From Dehalococcoidia bacterium (GTDB taxonomy: Bacteria; Chloroflexota; Dehalococcoidia; Lucifugimonadales; CATOSD01): 64,000 nucleotides of DNA. The notes beneath the pieces are model-generated. The model was not told the DNA's origin. It did no database searches and saw only the letters and a list, made by a program, of their open reading frames with translations. The stretch is taken from assembly GCA_965217705.1 (NCBI GenBank), contig CBDCJA010000002.1, forward strand, positions 3,367,960-3,431,959. The letters run 5' to 3'. The position numbers and the translations under genes were made by a program. Shown here in pieces: positions 28,548 to 38,298 of this stretch (position 1 is its first letter; the number at the start of each line of letters is the position of its first letter).

Positions 28548-29510
28548 TTACTCTCCGCTGCTCCTTGGGGTACCGCCGCTGCCGCCCGCGGAAGGTGTGG
28601 CCAGCGATGCCGCGGACCTGATGCCGCCGCCGGCCGCGGAAATCCCCGCGCTCGCCGCGACGGCGTTGGCGCCCACGCCTGCGGGCCCTCCCGCGAGCAG
28701 CCCGACGGTCCTCACCGAGCGCATGAGCGTGCTCGGCAGGTTGAGGCCGAAGTAGAGCGTGGCAGGCCAGGAATCGAAGGTTCCCCCGTTGCCCAGCAGG
28801 GAAGGAACCCGCGTCGCCATGTAGACGAACGCAACCGACATGAGCAGCTTCCAGACCAGGTCCTGCGAGGACTCGAATGCGGCTATCTCCGCGATTTCGT
28901 TCAGGAACGCGAACGCCAGCGCCAGCGCGATCAGCTGGATCGCCTGCTGGAACACGGTCGTCATGAACAGGCGCAGCCACTGCCGGCCCCAGTTCGCCGT
29001 GTGGGGCAGTATCCACAGCCCGAGGGCGATGGGAGCCAGCGCCAGCAGGATGTCGATCAGCGCCAGCCTGAGCACCATCTGCACGATCACGTACAGCACG
29101 AAGAAGCCGTAGACCACGTAGAGGACGGCAAGGAGCAGCGCCATGCCCACGCTCCCGGCCCGCGTCGCCGTCATCAGCGTGTCCTGGGTCGATCTCAGCA
29201 GGTCTCCGGCGGTGATGCCGAGGGACGCCGCGACGAACCCGGACACCGCGTCCGCAACGTCGATGACCAGCGCGCACCACCAAAGGGAAGACGCCGCGGC
29301 CACCAACCCCAGCACCAGTCGCGGTACAATCTCGCGCCATCCCGCCTGGGGCCTGCCCAGGTGCTCGGACACGATCAGGTTCAGGCCCATCCAGCCTAGG
29401 ATGACCGCAAGGGCGCCTGAGGCTATGGCCCAGACGACCGTCCAGGCCTGCTGCACCATGGGATGGCCGTAGGTGAGGTCGGGGGGAGTGCCGGTGATGA
29501 TGTCTTCCAC
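28548..29510 (-). CDS. VirB6/TrbL-like polytopic membrane protein
   Basis: At least six predicted TM helices, a Gly/Ala/Ser-rich C-terminus, and a position inside the T4SS operon. Confidence 0.6.
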   Translation of the reverse strand: MEDIITGTPPDLTYGHPMVQQAWTVVWAIASGALAVILGWMGLNLIVSEHLGRPQAGWREIVPRLVLGLVAAASSLWWCALVIDVADAVSGFVAASLGITAGDLLRSTQDTLMTATRAGSVGMALLLAVLYVVYGFFVLYVIVQMVLRLALIDILLALAPIALGLWILPHTANWGRQWLRLFMTTVFQQAIQLIALALAFAFLNEIAEIAAFESSQDLVWKLLMSVAFVYMATRVPSLLGNGGTFDSWPATLYFGLNLPSTLMRSVRTVGLLAGGPAGVGANAVAASAGISAAGGGIRSAASLATPSAGGSGGTPRSSGE

Positions 29511-29519
29511 GTCCTACCC

Positions 29520-30098
29520 TCACCGGCAGTTGGCGGCGTCCGCGCCGGACGCGCGTTCCACTACGCCGCACAGCGTCCCGTGGACGCCCTCGATCACCCA
29601 GCCGGCGAATGCCCTCGCCCAGCGCGCCGGGTTGAGCGCCGAGAGGATCCTGTCCCAGATGCCCGTCGGCTCGTACACCGGTATGAGGGAGTGGAAGGTG
29701 CCCTTCGCGCCGTCCTGTGCCCCTGCCACCATCACGAGCAGGTAGGCCCGGCCGGGGACGAGCTCGGGCTGGCCGTCGAGAGCGGGATACTCCCACGAGT
29801 ACTCCCAGCCGTCGCTGACCCTCTTCTCTCCGCCCCTGACTGCGTACATGGCGCTAAGCCAGTCGCCGGTGTCCGCGTCGCGGACTGCGTAGAAGAGGTT
29901 GGTGATCCTGCGGTCGAACACCGGGCGGGCTACGAACTCGCCGCCCTTCTTGCGCTCGACGAAGTCGCGGTCTGCGTTGACCAGCACGACTTCGGCGCCT
30001 TGGGCCAGGACGATCCCGCCGGACGTGATCGCCATGAGCGCCGCAAAGAGCAGCGCCGCGGCCAGGGGTATCAGACGGACGGTCGATTGGGTTCCCAC
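29520..30098 (-). CDS. Secreted protein, first gene of the transfer operon
   Basis: Signal peptide TVRLIPLAAALLFAALMAITSGGIVLAQG. GAGGAGG SD 8 nt upstream of the GTG at 30098. Confidence 0.5.
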   Translation of the reverse strand: MGTQSTVRLIPLAAALLFAALMAITSGGIVLAQGAEVVLVNADRDFVERKKGGEFVARPVFDRRITNLFYAVRDADTGDWLSAMYAVRGGEKRVSDGWEYSWEYPALDGQPELVPGRAYLLVMVAGAQDGAKGTFHSLIPVYEPTGIWDRILSALNPARWARAFAGWVIEGVHGTLCGVVERASGADAANCR

Positions 30099-30165
30099 GT
30101 CTTCGCCTCCTCGTCAATGGGGTCGTGATGCCTGCCATCGAGTCTGGGGAGTCGAGAAGCGGAGC

Positions 30166-30250
30166 GTCATCCCCCGGAGGGCACTACACGGGTGTGGTGG
30201 TCTTGAGGGGACTACACGGATGAAGTCCCCTCTGAGGGATTACACGGCGA
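30166..30250 (+). promoter_or_regulatory. Three phased boxes GGG-N-A(C/T)TACACGG (TACACGG at 30184, 30213 and 30241) in the divergent control region
   Basis: Spacing is 28-29 bp. About 65 bp are alignable with 9868..9935. Confidence 0.55.
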
Positions 30251-30496
30251 GGGGCCGCCGTGATGTCATGGGGCTGTACAGGGAAACGGGTCTGTGTGCA
30301 AGTTGTACACCGGGCGGATTTCATAGCTGGGACAGCCGGGAAAGGCCCCCTACAGGACGTAAACAGCGAACACTTTCTGTCAAGTGCCGGTTCCACGCCG
30401 TGTGCACATCGGCCTAGCTGAGATGTACATGTCGTACACCGCCGAAATCGGGAAGTGTGTACGGGAGTGGTACATGTTGCAGAGGAGGCGCAGACG

Positions 30497-31372
30497 ATGA
30501 AGCCGGATGAACAGACGGTGGCTGACGGAGGCGCCGAGGATGAGTTGCACCATGACCGGCTCATGGCGCTGCTGCACGAACTCGTGCGGAATCACGGCGG
30601 TCGCAGGGGTGCTGCGACGGTGCTGGGAATCGACCGGCGGACCGTGGCCGCGTGCATGGACGGGAGAGGTATGTCCTGGCGGATGAGGGAGGCGCTGGAG
30701 CGGGCGCTTCAAGACGGGGCGGGCCCGGCCGCCGCACGGCAGCTGGAGCGCAACGAGGCGCTGAAGCAGCGGGTGGACGCGCTGGAGAGGGAGGTTCGCA
30801 GCGGCATGGACGCCGTCAGGGGTGAGATCGAAGCCCTGCGGGAGGAACATTCCCGGGCGCTGTGCCGGTTGGAGCGGCGGTCGTTGGCGTGCGGGCAGGC
30901 CCCGCAAGAGTCCCCGGTGCCGGATGAAGCTTCCAGCGCGGCCGGACAGTGGCCGGAGAAAGCCCTGCCGGCAACCCGGCCGGCGGCGGCCGTGCTCCTG
31001 AAGCGGCTGTATCCCGAGCTGGTGACGAAGGAGCCCGCGCCCGACGACGAGGAGGTGTACGGCGAGGCGTGGCCGCTCGTCGAGGCGTGGCGCAGGCTGT
31101 GGCAGACCCACTCCGCCGGGGGCAGGGGCCTTCAGTGGCTGGAGGCAGAGGAGCACGTCCGGGAGCTGGAGGTTGCCATGCTGGAGGAGCACGGGCTGAC
31201 GCTGCCGCCGGAGACTGTGCCGCTGACGGGCCTGTGGCGAAGCACGCAGCTGAACTGGCGCAGGGAGACCCTCAGGGACGTCCGGAGGGCGGTGGCCTGG
31301 CGACGGTTGGTGAGGCGTATCCTGACGCTGGGTATGTGGGGGAGAAAGGCGAGTTTCAAGGGGCGCGCTTAG
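30497..31372 (+). CDS. HTH plus coiled-coil protein, module copy 1 (paralog of 63111..63929)
   Basis: HHDRLMALLHELVRNHGGRRGAATVLGIDRRTV... and the C-terminal WPLVEAWRRLW...LEEHGLTLPPETVPL align with the paralog. GAGGAGG SD before the ATG at 30497. Confidence 0.7.
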   Translation: MKPDEQTVADGGAEDELHHDRLMALLHELVRNHGGRRGAATVLGIDRRTVAACMDGRGMSWRMREALERALQDGAGPAAARQLERNEALKQRVDALEREVRSGMDAVRGEIEALREEHSRALCRLERRSLACGQAPQESPVPDEASSAAGQWPEKALPATRPAAAVLLKRLYPELVTKEPAPDDEEVYGEAWPLVEAWRRLWQTHSAGGRGLQWLEAEEHVRELEVAMLEEHGLTLPPETVPLTGLWRSTQLNWRRETLRDVRRAVAWRRLVRRILTLGMWGRKASFKGRA

Positions 31373-32068
31373 GGTTTTGTGGAACTGTACAGAACACTTT
31401 GGGCGGTGACGCCCCGAAACCCTTCCATCCGCACGTGCGTTCGGCGATAATCGAGCCAGTTTCAGGCTTTTCCAGCTGTTTCCCGCCCAGAAACCTGGAG
31501 GGTTCTCCGTCCCCCGAACCCGGGACCGGCTACACAGGATCGAGCACCGCGCTCTCCGAACAGCCGCCCAGGGGACCAAGCCGAAGGGATCGAGCATCGC
31601 GCTCTCCCGACGACCGCCCCGGAGGGACACATTCGCAGCGGCCCAGGCGCTTCCCGCTTCGGCCCCTCGGACACCATCGTAGCGAGTACGGTGTAGACTC
31701 TGTTCGGAGTGCGTCCCGCGCCCCGACCGATTTCCCACGTTTGCTGCACAACCGTCACGCGGTTGGGTCGCAGTTTCAATACATGCCGGCCTGCGATGAC
31801 GTCGTAGGTCTGCGTCGCTCTCTCACCGCGCCGTCCTGTGGTCGGTCTTCAGGTCGGTCGAATTTCCCTCACAGCAGCTTTCCCATGTCGATTCTCCTCG
31901 AGTTGACCCTGGACCCAGCTGCGTCTTCTTCACCCCGGTGTCTCCTGCGTTCGAATCGTCTCCGGATCGCGGGCGGCGGCGGCGTTCGGACACATGGATG
32001 CACGGAGACCAACGGCGAGCAAAGGAGATCACTAAGGCCGGACACAGACTGACGAAGGAGGACGGGAC

Positions 32069-32356
32069 ATGACGGAACGGTACACGGGGCCGAGCGCGCT
32101 CAGGATCGCCAACCTGCTGCCGCACCGAGTGAGCCACGACAAAGGCTGGTTCTGGACGGCGACAGCGATCTGTCACGGCAGCAAGTCGGACGGGCTGTCG
32201 TTCAGGCAGAGGCCGGACGGCGAGGAAATCGACGTGTGCTGCCGCACCGGGGGCTGCTCCCGTGGCATGGTAACTACGCACCCGGAGACCGCCGTCGGGC
32301 TGCCCATCTGGACGGCATATGAGCCGGTGGACGACGCGGCGAACAAGGCACCGTAG
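32069..32356 (+). CDS. Small protein with a primase-type (CHC2-like) zinc-finger pattern
   Basis: CHGSKSDGLSFRQRPDGEEIDVCCRTGGC. GAAGGAGG SD upstream. Confidence 0.45.
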   Translation: MTERYTGPSALRIANLLPHRVSHDKGWFWTATAICHGSKSDGLSFRQRPDGEEIDVCCRTGGCSRGMVTTHPETAVGLPIWTAYEPVDDAANKAP

Positions 32357-32559
32357 AAACGGCCGTGGTGGAAGCGCAAGCGGGTCTTGGTGGCCGGCGT
32401 GAGGGCCCTTGTCACTGCGGGGCCGCCGCTGACCCTCGCCGTGGATATCTTCTTCCCACACCACATCGGGCTGCTGCTCCTGCGGCGGTTCATGCCCCGG
32501 CGTTCTGTAAGGCGACGCTGGCGGCCCCGGGCCGTCAACAACCCATTCCCAACACTCAA

Positions 32560-32595
32560 GGGCCGTCTCCATCCGGGGACGGCCCTTCTTCTTTG
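32560..32595 (+). terminator. Intrinsic-terminator-like hairpin GGGCCGTC/GACGGCCC followed by TTCTTCTTT
   Basis: Read directly. It is followed by a second hairpin (GCCCGC-AGG-GCGGGC), an SD and an ATGACGACGGCAA start. Confidence 0.5.
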
Positions 32596-32646
32596 CCCGC
32601 AGGCGGGCGCAATCGGCAAGTCAACACAACACAGAAGGAGGTCGTG

Positions 32647-33114
32647 ATGACGACGGCAATGGTAGTAGCGGGCAATCGAACGGTGGACAACGTAGCGCGG
32701 CCCAGGCGCAGCCTGGAGGAGCTGGTCGACCGGCTCATGGACGCGCTGTTCGCTGCTAACACAGCGGGGGAGGAGCGGAGCGCGACGCGGACGATCCACG
32801 AGGCGCGGCGGCTCAGGCAGGCTGGGGACGTGGACGGGGCGCTTGCAGTGCTGGCCGAACTGGACATGTCGAGGGTGGAACAGCACGAGGCCAGGTGGGC
32901 CTTCACCGAGTGGCGGAACTTGGTCCAGAGGCAGTCCGGTGGATACGGAGTGCTGCTTTACAGCCAGGGCACGGGGAGGGCCGCAGCCCTGGTTCCCACC
33001 GGCGACGGGACGCTTGAGGTCGTTGCTGTCCTGGGGATGCGCTGGCGGCCCGGGGAGGCCTTCTCGACCCGCAGCCTGCGTGGGCTCAGGCCCTTGGAGA
33101 AGACTTGCCCTTGA
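32647..33114 (+). CDS. Hypothetical protein (MTTAMVVAGN...)
   Basis: GAAGGAGG SD and ordinary composition. The listed ORF 32365..33114 has a spurious N-terminal extension. Confidence 0.5.
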   Translation: MTTAMVVAGNRTVDNVARPRRSLEELVDRLMDALFAANTAGEERSATRTIHEARRLRQAGDVDGALAVLAELDMSRVEQHEARWAFTEWRNLVQRQSGGYGVLLYSQGTGRAAALVPTGDGTLEVVAVLGMRWRPGEAFSTRSLRGLRPLEKTCP

Positions 33115-33586
33115 CCCTGTCCTCGTCACCCTCCCGGATGACTTCTGCGGCGCGGCCGAGGGCTTGCTGGGAGCCGGATGGCGGTCCCGGGTTTGTTCAC
33201 CGGGTTCGGTGACGTCGTCGGCGCGTCTAGCAGGGGATTGCAGGCTCGGCCACGCCGCCTCCTTGCACCTGCTCGCACGGGCCGGGCGCTCCGCCAGGTA
33301 GGAGTCCGCCGCCCAACCCATCATGGCGGAGCCTGCACGCTCCGCCCCTTGCTTGCGGGACCTGACCCCGTCTCACACATCCCTCATTCACCGGCCGGAG
33401 CCTGCCCCCAATCCAGAGCAAGGGAGTAGCTCCGCCCGATTCACGACGGAGCCGGCCCCGGCTTGATTCGGAGGCTTGCCCCACACGCGGCGTCCCACAT
33501 TGGAATGCCGCACACCAGCTATCGGCCACGGCAACAAGGCCACACAACCCACGGAGACAGTCCCGGCCACCGGGACACGAGATCGA

Positions 33587-33625
33587 GCGGGACTGTCTCC
33601 ATCGGGGGGCCGTCCCGCTTTTTCA
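33587..33625 (+). terminator. Hairpin GCGGGAC/GTCCCGC followed by TTTTTC, immediately before the SD and start of the 4xHTH gene
   Basis: Read directly. The layout matches 32560..32660. Confidence 0.45.
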
Positions 33626-33642
33626 TTACAGGAGGAAGCGAC

Positions 33643-34758
33643 ATGACGACGGCAACGATGGCAAACGGGACCCAGGCGACGGAGACGGCAGCACGGGAGA
33701 CCGAGCTGAGGGCCGCGGCGCGGCGGCGTGGGCTGACCATGAAGGAGCTCGCGGCCCTGATGGGAGTGTCCGCGGGCTACCTGTCGCAGGTTTCGACGGG
33801 GCGCAGGCCGTGGACGCAGACGATGCGGGACAAGGCCATGGCGGTGCTGGGAGAGGTCCCCGGCCAGGGAATGGTCTACCGCCAGACCAGCGTCGTGACC
33901 GGTGAGAGCAGCTTCATCCGGGAGCGCGCCCGTGAGCTGGGCATGACCATGCGGGACCTGGCCGACCGCGCCGGGGTGTCCTACAGCTACATGACCCAGG
34001 CGGCCCGGGGCCGCAAGAGCATGGGCGTGAGGGTCCAGGCCAGGATCGAGTCCGCTCTGCGGGCCCCGGCGAAGGTCGCTTCCGCTGCGTGCCCTGACCG
34101 CCCACAGAGCGTGGCGACCGCAGAGAGCAGCTTCATCAGGGAGCGTGCCCGCGCACTGGGCATGACCATGCGGGAGCTTGCCGATCGCGCGGGGGTATCC
34201 TACGGCTACCTGTCGCGGGTGTCCCGCGGCCACCGGAGCATGGGGGTGAAGGTCCAGGCAAGGGTCGAGGCGGCGCTTGAGGCGCCGGCGAAGATCGCGC
34301 CCGCGCAGCCCGCCAGTGTCGATCCCCAGGTGCTGTGGGACCGGATGAACGCCCACGGCATCAGCCAGAACGAGGCCGCCCGGCGCGCCGGCATCAGCTC
34401 ATCCCACCTCTCCCAGATCATGAACGGCAAGGCCAGCCCGTCTGCGGTCGTCCTCAGGGAGCTGCACGGTGTGCTGTTCAGGAGGACGAAGGCGGAGGAG
34501 CGGGTGATGCCCGTCGAGCTTAAGGTGCTGGGCTGGCGGAAGGGCGAGCGGAGCGGGACGGTGGTGCACGGCGCTCGCGGGAGGGACGGCACGGCCAGGG
34601 GCGGGGCCGTTCGGATCGGAGGCCGGGTGCCCTGGGGGGCGAAGGCGGAGTACGCCTACCGAGCGGGTTACGACGGCTCGGGCCGGCTGGCGATGACGCC
34701 CGTCCTGGCGCCCGGCTACTCCGCCATGCTGACTCAGCCGGAAGCGGGAGCCGCGTAG
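33643..34758 (+). CDS. Protein with four tandem XRE-type HTH domains plus a C-terminal domain, copy 1
   Basis: Four repeats of the pattern G(L/M)TM(K/R)(E/D)LA...GVS..Y(L/M)S(Q/R)...G. AGGAGG SD before the ATG at 33643. Paralog of 60785..61888. Confidence 0.8.
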   Translation: MTTATMANGTQATETAARETELRAAARRRGLTMKELAALMGVSAGYLSQVSTGRRPWTQTMRDKAMAVLGEVPGQGMVYRQTSVVTGESSFIRERARELGMTMRDLADRAGVSYSYMTQAARGRKSMGVRVQARIESALRAPAKVASAACPDRPQSVATAESSFIRERARALGMTMRELADRAGVSYGYLSRVSRGHRSMGVKVQARVEAALEAPAKIAPAQPASVDPQVLWDRMNAHGISQNEAARRAGISSSHLSQIMNGKASPSAVVLRELHGVLFRRTKAEERVMPVELKVLGWRKGERSGTVVHGARGRDGTARGGAVRIGGRVPWGAKAEYAYRAGYDGSGRLAMTPVLAPGYSAMLTQPEAGAA

Positions 34759-34960
34759 ACGTACCGCCGCCGCGCCTCCGCGGACACACCGCACGATATA
34801 CGGCTCGCACCGGGCCGCGGACGCAGGTCCCGCCCCCGGCGGACTCTGCGCCAAATCAAGCATACGCCGTGGGCGTTGCCGGTACGCGGACCCCCCGGTG
34901 GGGTGCAGTCCGGGTACCGGCTTCGTCCTCCGGCTGACAACGAAGGGAGGATTACACGAC

Positions 34961-35186
34961 ATGAACCTCGGAGACTTCATCGACAGGTTCAAGGACTCCA
35001 TAGCGCAGCGGGTGGTCGAGTCCTACCCGCCGCTGTACAGGCGTTCGGAGAACGGTGGGAAGCTGCCCCGCCTGCTCCGCAGGCCCCTGGGGGCGCAGGC
35101 CGACGCCATCAGGGGCGCCGCTCTTTCGCTGGCGGCACACCGGGGCACGACGGTGGTGGGAGAGATGGGCACCGGCAAGACCTTCA
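34961..35186 (+). CDS. SNF2/DEAD-like helicase, exon 1, ending inside the Walker A region
   Basis: MNLGDFIDRF...TVVGEMGTGKTF then GTGCG (the intron 5' end). GGGAGGA SD upstream. Confidence 0.8.
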
Positions 35187-35661
35187 GTGCGCCGCGTAAC
35201 GCGGCATAGGATACCCGGCTCAGTCGGGAAGAACTCGGAGAAAGTTCTTGGGCCAACCGACCCACCTCGAAGCGAAAGCCTAGGGGGAAAGCAGCATGTC
35301 GGTAAAGCGGCTACAGTCCCAAAGCGTTGTAGGACTGGTTCCGCAAGGCCCGCGCGATACGGTGAAAGCTTGATTGCCTGAACCCCAGTTCCCAGTTGGT
35401 GTTCTTGCCACCCGCCGGTAGAACGCTTGTAACCCGGCGCCACTCATTGCCTCGGTACGATGAAGGTACCAATGCAACTCCGATGAGTGGACGATGACCG
35501 ATGCGGTCTATTCAAGGGAACGAACGGGGCACCTACAGTCGCGCTAGAACGTCCTATGTCAACGGAACGCGGGATGGCCTACGGGGGGAGACCCCTATGG
35601 TCACGGAGTCCTCATAGTAGCCCGAGCCGGGGAAAGCCCGGCACATGGCGAAGGAGGACAG

Positions 35662-37470
35662 GTGTCAACGACGAACAAACACAGAGAGGTATGCAGAATG
35701 CAAAACGCCGAAACTGTACTGAACGTCATACGCGAACGCGGAGAACGAGGATTGCCGCTGGAGAACATCTATCGGCTGCTGTACAACCGGAACCTTTACC
35801 TGCGGGCCTACGGGCGTATCTACTCAAATCAGGGGGCTACGACCAAAGGCGTCACCGCAGAGACCATGGACGGTATGTCACTGGCGAAAATCGACCGCAT
35901 CATCGAAGCCCTGCGCTACGAGCGGTTCCGATGGACGCCGGTGCGACGGGTCCACATTCCCAAGCCTAACGGCAAGACCCGCGCCTTGGGCATACCAACG
36001 GGGCCGGACAAGCTGCTGCAAGAGGTCATCCGGATGATTCTGGAAGCCTACTACGAGCCGCAGTTTTCCGACCGCTCCCACGGCTTTCGGCCTAACCGGG
36101 GGTGCCACACCGCCCTAGGCAACGTGACCACCCACTGGACCGGTGTCCGCTGGTTCGCCGAGGGAGACATCAAAGGGTGCTTCGACAACATCGACCACGA
36201 TGTCCTGTTGTCGGTGCTCGGCGAGAAGCTCCACGACAACCGATTCCTACGCCTGCTCAAGTACCTACTGAAGGCAGGTTACATCGAGGATTGGAAGTAT
36301 GGCCGCACGCTGAGCGGGACACCGCAAGGCGGCATCGTCAGCCCAATCCTCGCCAACGTTTACCTAGACCGGTTGGACAAGTTTGTCGAGAACGTGCTGA
36401 TACCAGCCCACACCCGTGGCTCAGACCGGAGAGACAACCGCGAGTACACACGTTTGCTGAACCAAGCGGCCCGCCAGAGGAAGCGGGGGAACCACGCCGA
36501 GGCACTGCAACTGCGCAAGCAAATGCAACAACTGCCGTCACGTGACCCCTACGACCCCGGCTACCGCCGGTTACGGTACGTGCGCTATGCGGACGACTTC
36601 GTGCTGGGTTTCATCGGGCCAAAGGTCGAAGCCCAACAGGTGAAAGAGTCCTTGGAGACGTTCCTGCGCGACACACTCAAGCTGGAGCTATCCAGGGAGA
36701 AAACTCTCATAACCCACGCCACCAGCCAGGCGGCGCGGTTCCTCGGCTACGAACTCGTGAACCAACAGGCCAACGACCAGTTTGACCGCAATGGTCGGCG
36801 CAGGGTCAACGGCCAAATCGGATTGCGGGTTCCCGCCAACGTCATCGAACAACACTGCCAAGCCTACATGCGCAAAGGCAAACCGGCACACCGCAGTTAC
36901 CTACTCCACGATGAAGATTTCTCCATCATGGCACAGTACCAGTCGGAGTTCCGGGGCGTCGTCAACTACTACCTTCTGGCCTACAACGTCTCCTATTTCG
37001 GGCGACTGCAATCGGTCATGGAGATGTCTTTGGCACGGACCCTTGCGGCAAAGCACAAGTCCACCGCACGGAAGATGCGACGCCAGTACAAGAGCGTCGT
37101 GGAAACCGAGCACGGGCCGCGTGCCTGTCTCAAGGTCGTCAAGCAGCAGGACAACGGCAAACGCCCTAAAGTGGCGTACTTCGGTGGCATACCCCTGAAA
37201 CGGCAACGGCAGGCAGTTCTCATAGACCAACAGCCTCAACGGTACAGGGCTGGCCGCAACGAGCTTATCAAACGGCTCGAAGCGGACGAGTGCGAGATGT
37301 GCGGGTCGGCAGTGGACGTAGAAGTTCACCACATCCGCGCACTTCGCGACCTGAACGTGAAAGGCCAACGGGAAAAGCTCAAGTGGGTTCAAATCATGGC
37401 GGCGCGAAAACGCAAGACCCTCGCGGTCTGCCGGACGTGTCACATGAACATCCACCACGGGCGAAAGTAA
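35662..37470 (+). CDS. Group II intron-encoded protein: reverse transcriptase, maturase and HNH endonuclease
   Basis: RT motifs (GIPTGPDKLLQ, FAEGDIKGCFDNIDH, GTPQGGIVSPILAN, RYADDFVLG), an X domain, and C-terminal CEMCGS...VHHI...CRTCHMNIHHG. The ATG at 35691 or 35698 are alternative starts. Confidence 0.9.
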   Translation: MSTTNKHREVCRMQNAETVLNVIRERGERGLPLENIYRLLYNRNLYLRAYGRIYSNQGATTKGVTAETMDGMSLAKIDRIIEALRYERFRWTPVRRVHIPKPNGKTRALGIPTGPDKLLQEVIRMILEAYYEPQFSDRSHGFRPNRGCHTALGNVTTHWTGVRWFAEGDIKGCFDNIDHDVLLSVLGEKLHDNRFLRLLKYLLKAGYIEDWKYGRTLSGTPQGGIVSPILANVYLDRLDKFVENVLIPAHTRGSDRRDNREYTRLLNQAARQRKRGNHAEALQLRKQMQQLPSRDPYDPGYRRLRYVRYADDFVLGFIGPKVEAQQVKESLETFLRDTLKLELSREKTLITHATSQAARFLGYELVNQQANDQFDRNGRRRVNGQIGLRVPANVIEQHCQAYMRKGKPAHRSYLLHDEDFSIMAQYQSEFRGVVNYYLLAYNVSYFGRLQSVMEMSLARTLAAKHKSTARKMRRQYKSVVETEHGPRACLKVVKQQDNGKRPKVAYFGGIPLKRQRQAVLIDQQPQRYRAGRNELIKRLEADECEMCGSAVDVEVHHIRALRDLNVKGQREKLKWVQIMAARKRKTLAVCRTCHMNIHHGRK

Positions 37471-37590
37471 TCCGCACAAGCAGAAGTAGGTAGTGTCAGC
37501 ACTCCAATCGAATACGATTCTTCGCCGCCACTTCCTTCATGGCATGGTAAAATCACAGCCACCACCGATCCAGTTGAGAGGAGGCTGACC

Positions 37591-38298
37591 GTGCCTAACC
37601 CACGTGGGATCATACTAGGGTTCGACCCCGGCGGTCGGGGCAAATTCGGTTGGAGCGTATGCGAAACGACGGGTGGTCAATTGCTCTCACCCGCACTTAC
37701 CGGCTTGGCCAACGACGCCTGGCACGCCATGGACCAGGTGCAAAAGGCTCTGCCAGATAACCTACCCGTCCTTGCCGCGGGCATTGATGCCCCGCTGTTC
37801 TGGAGTAAGACGGGAGACCGAACAGTTGACATCGTGCTCCGACAGGCGTTGAGGGACACTAAGTTCCCTGCGTCCAAGTTGGGAGGTACGGTTCAGACTA
37901 CAAATAGCTTACAGGGGGCATGCGTCGTACAGGGACTGTTGTTGGCTAAGTACCTCAGCGAAACCCGCTGGGGCTTGACAATAACGGAGTCCCACCCCAG
38001 GGCTTTGTGCCACCTGCTCCATCACATGGGGCAACAGGACATGATAAAGCGCCTAACGGCAGGATTGGCTGACTATTCCCAGTACGCCACCCGCTGCTTG
38101 TGCGGATGCGAAGAGGCCGAAAAGCCCCCAGCAAACTTGGCAGACCATAAACGGGACGCCATACTATCCGCAATTTCAGCATGGGCGGCCACTTCCCAAC
38201 CCCTGACCGCATGGCAAAACCTCTACGATGAGAACAAGGATCCTCATCGAATCATGCCTTTTGATATACCCATCAGCTACTGGATGCCAATCCCGTAA
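37591..38298 (+). CDS. DUF429-like / RNase H-fold predicted nuclease, encoded inside the intron between the IEP (intron-encoded protein) gene and domain V
   Basis: GAGAGGAGG SD 8 nt before the GTG. Motifs ILGFDPGG, AAGIDAPLFW, ITESHPRA and HKRDAILSAISAWAA follow the D / D / E-x-H-P / D pattern I associate with DUF429. Confidence 0.65.
   Translation: MPNPRGIILGFDPGGRGKFGWSVCETTGGQLLSPALTGLANDAWHAMDQVQKALPDNLPVLAAGIDAPLFWSKTGDRTVDIVLRQALRDTKFPASKLGGTVQTTNSLQGACVVQGLLLAKYLSETRWGLTITESHPRALCHLLHHMGQQDMIKRLTAGLADYSQYATRCLCGCEEAEKPPANLADHKRDAILSAISAWAATSQPLTAWQNLYDENKDPHRIMPFDIPISYWMPIP

Noticed and set aside
31950-31975. tRNA-like T-arm (GTTCGAATC)
   Set aside because: The flanking bases do not form T-stem, acceptor or anticodon arms.
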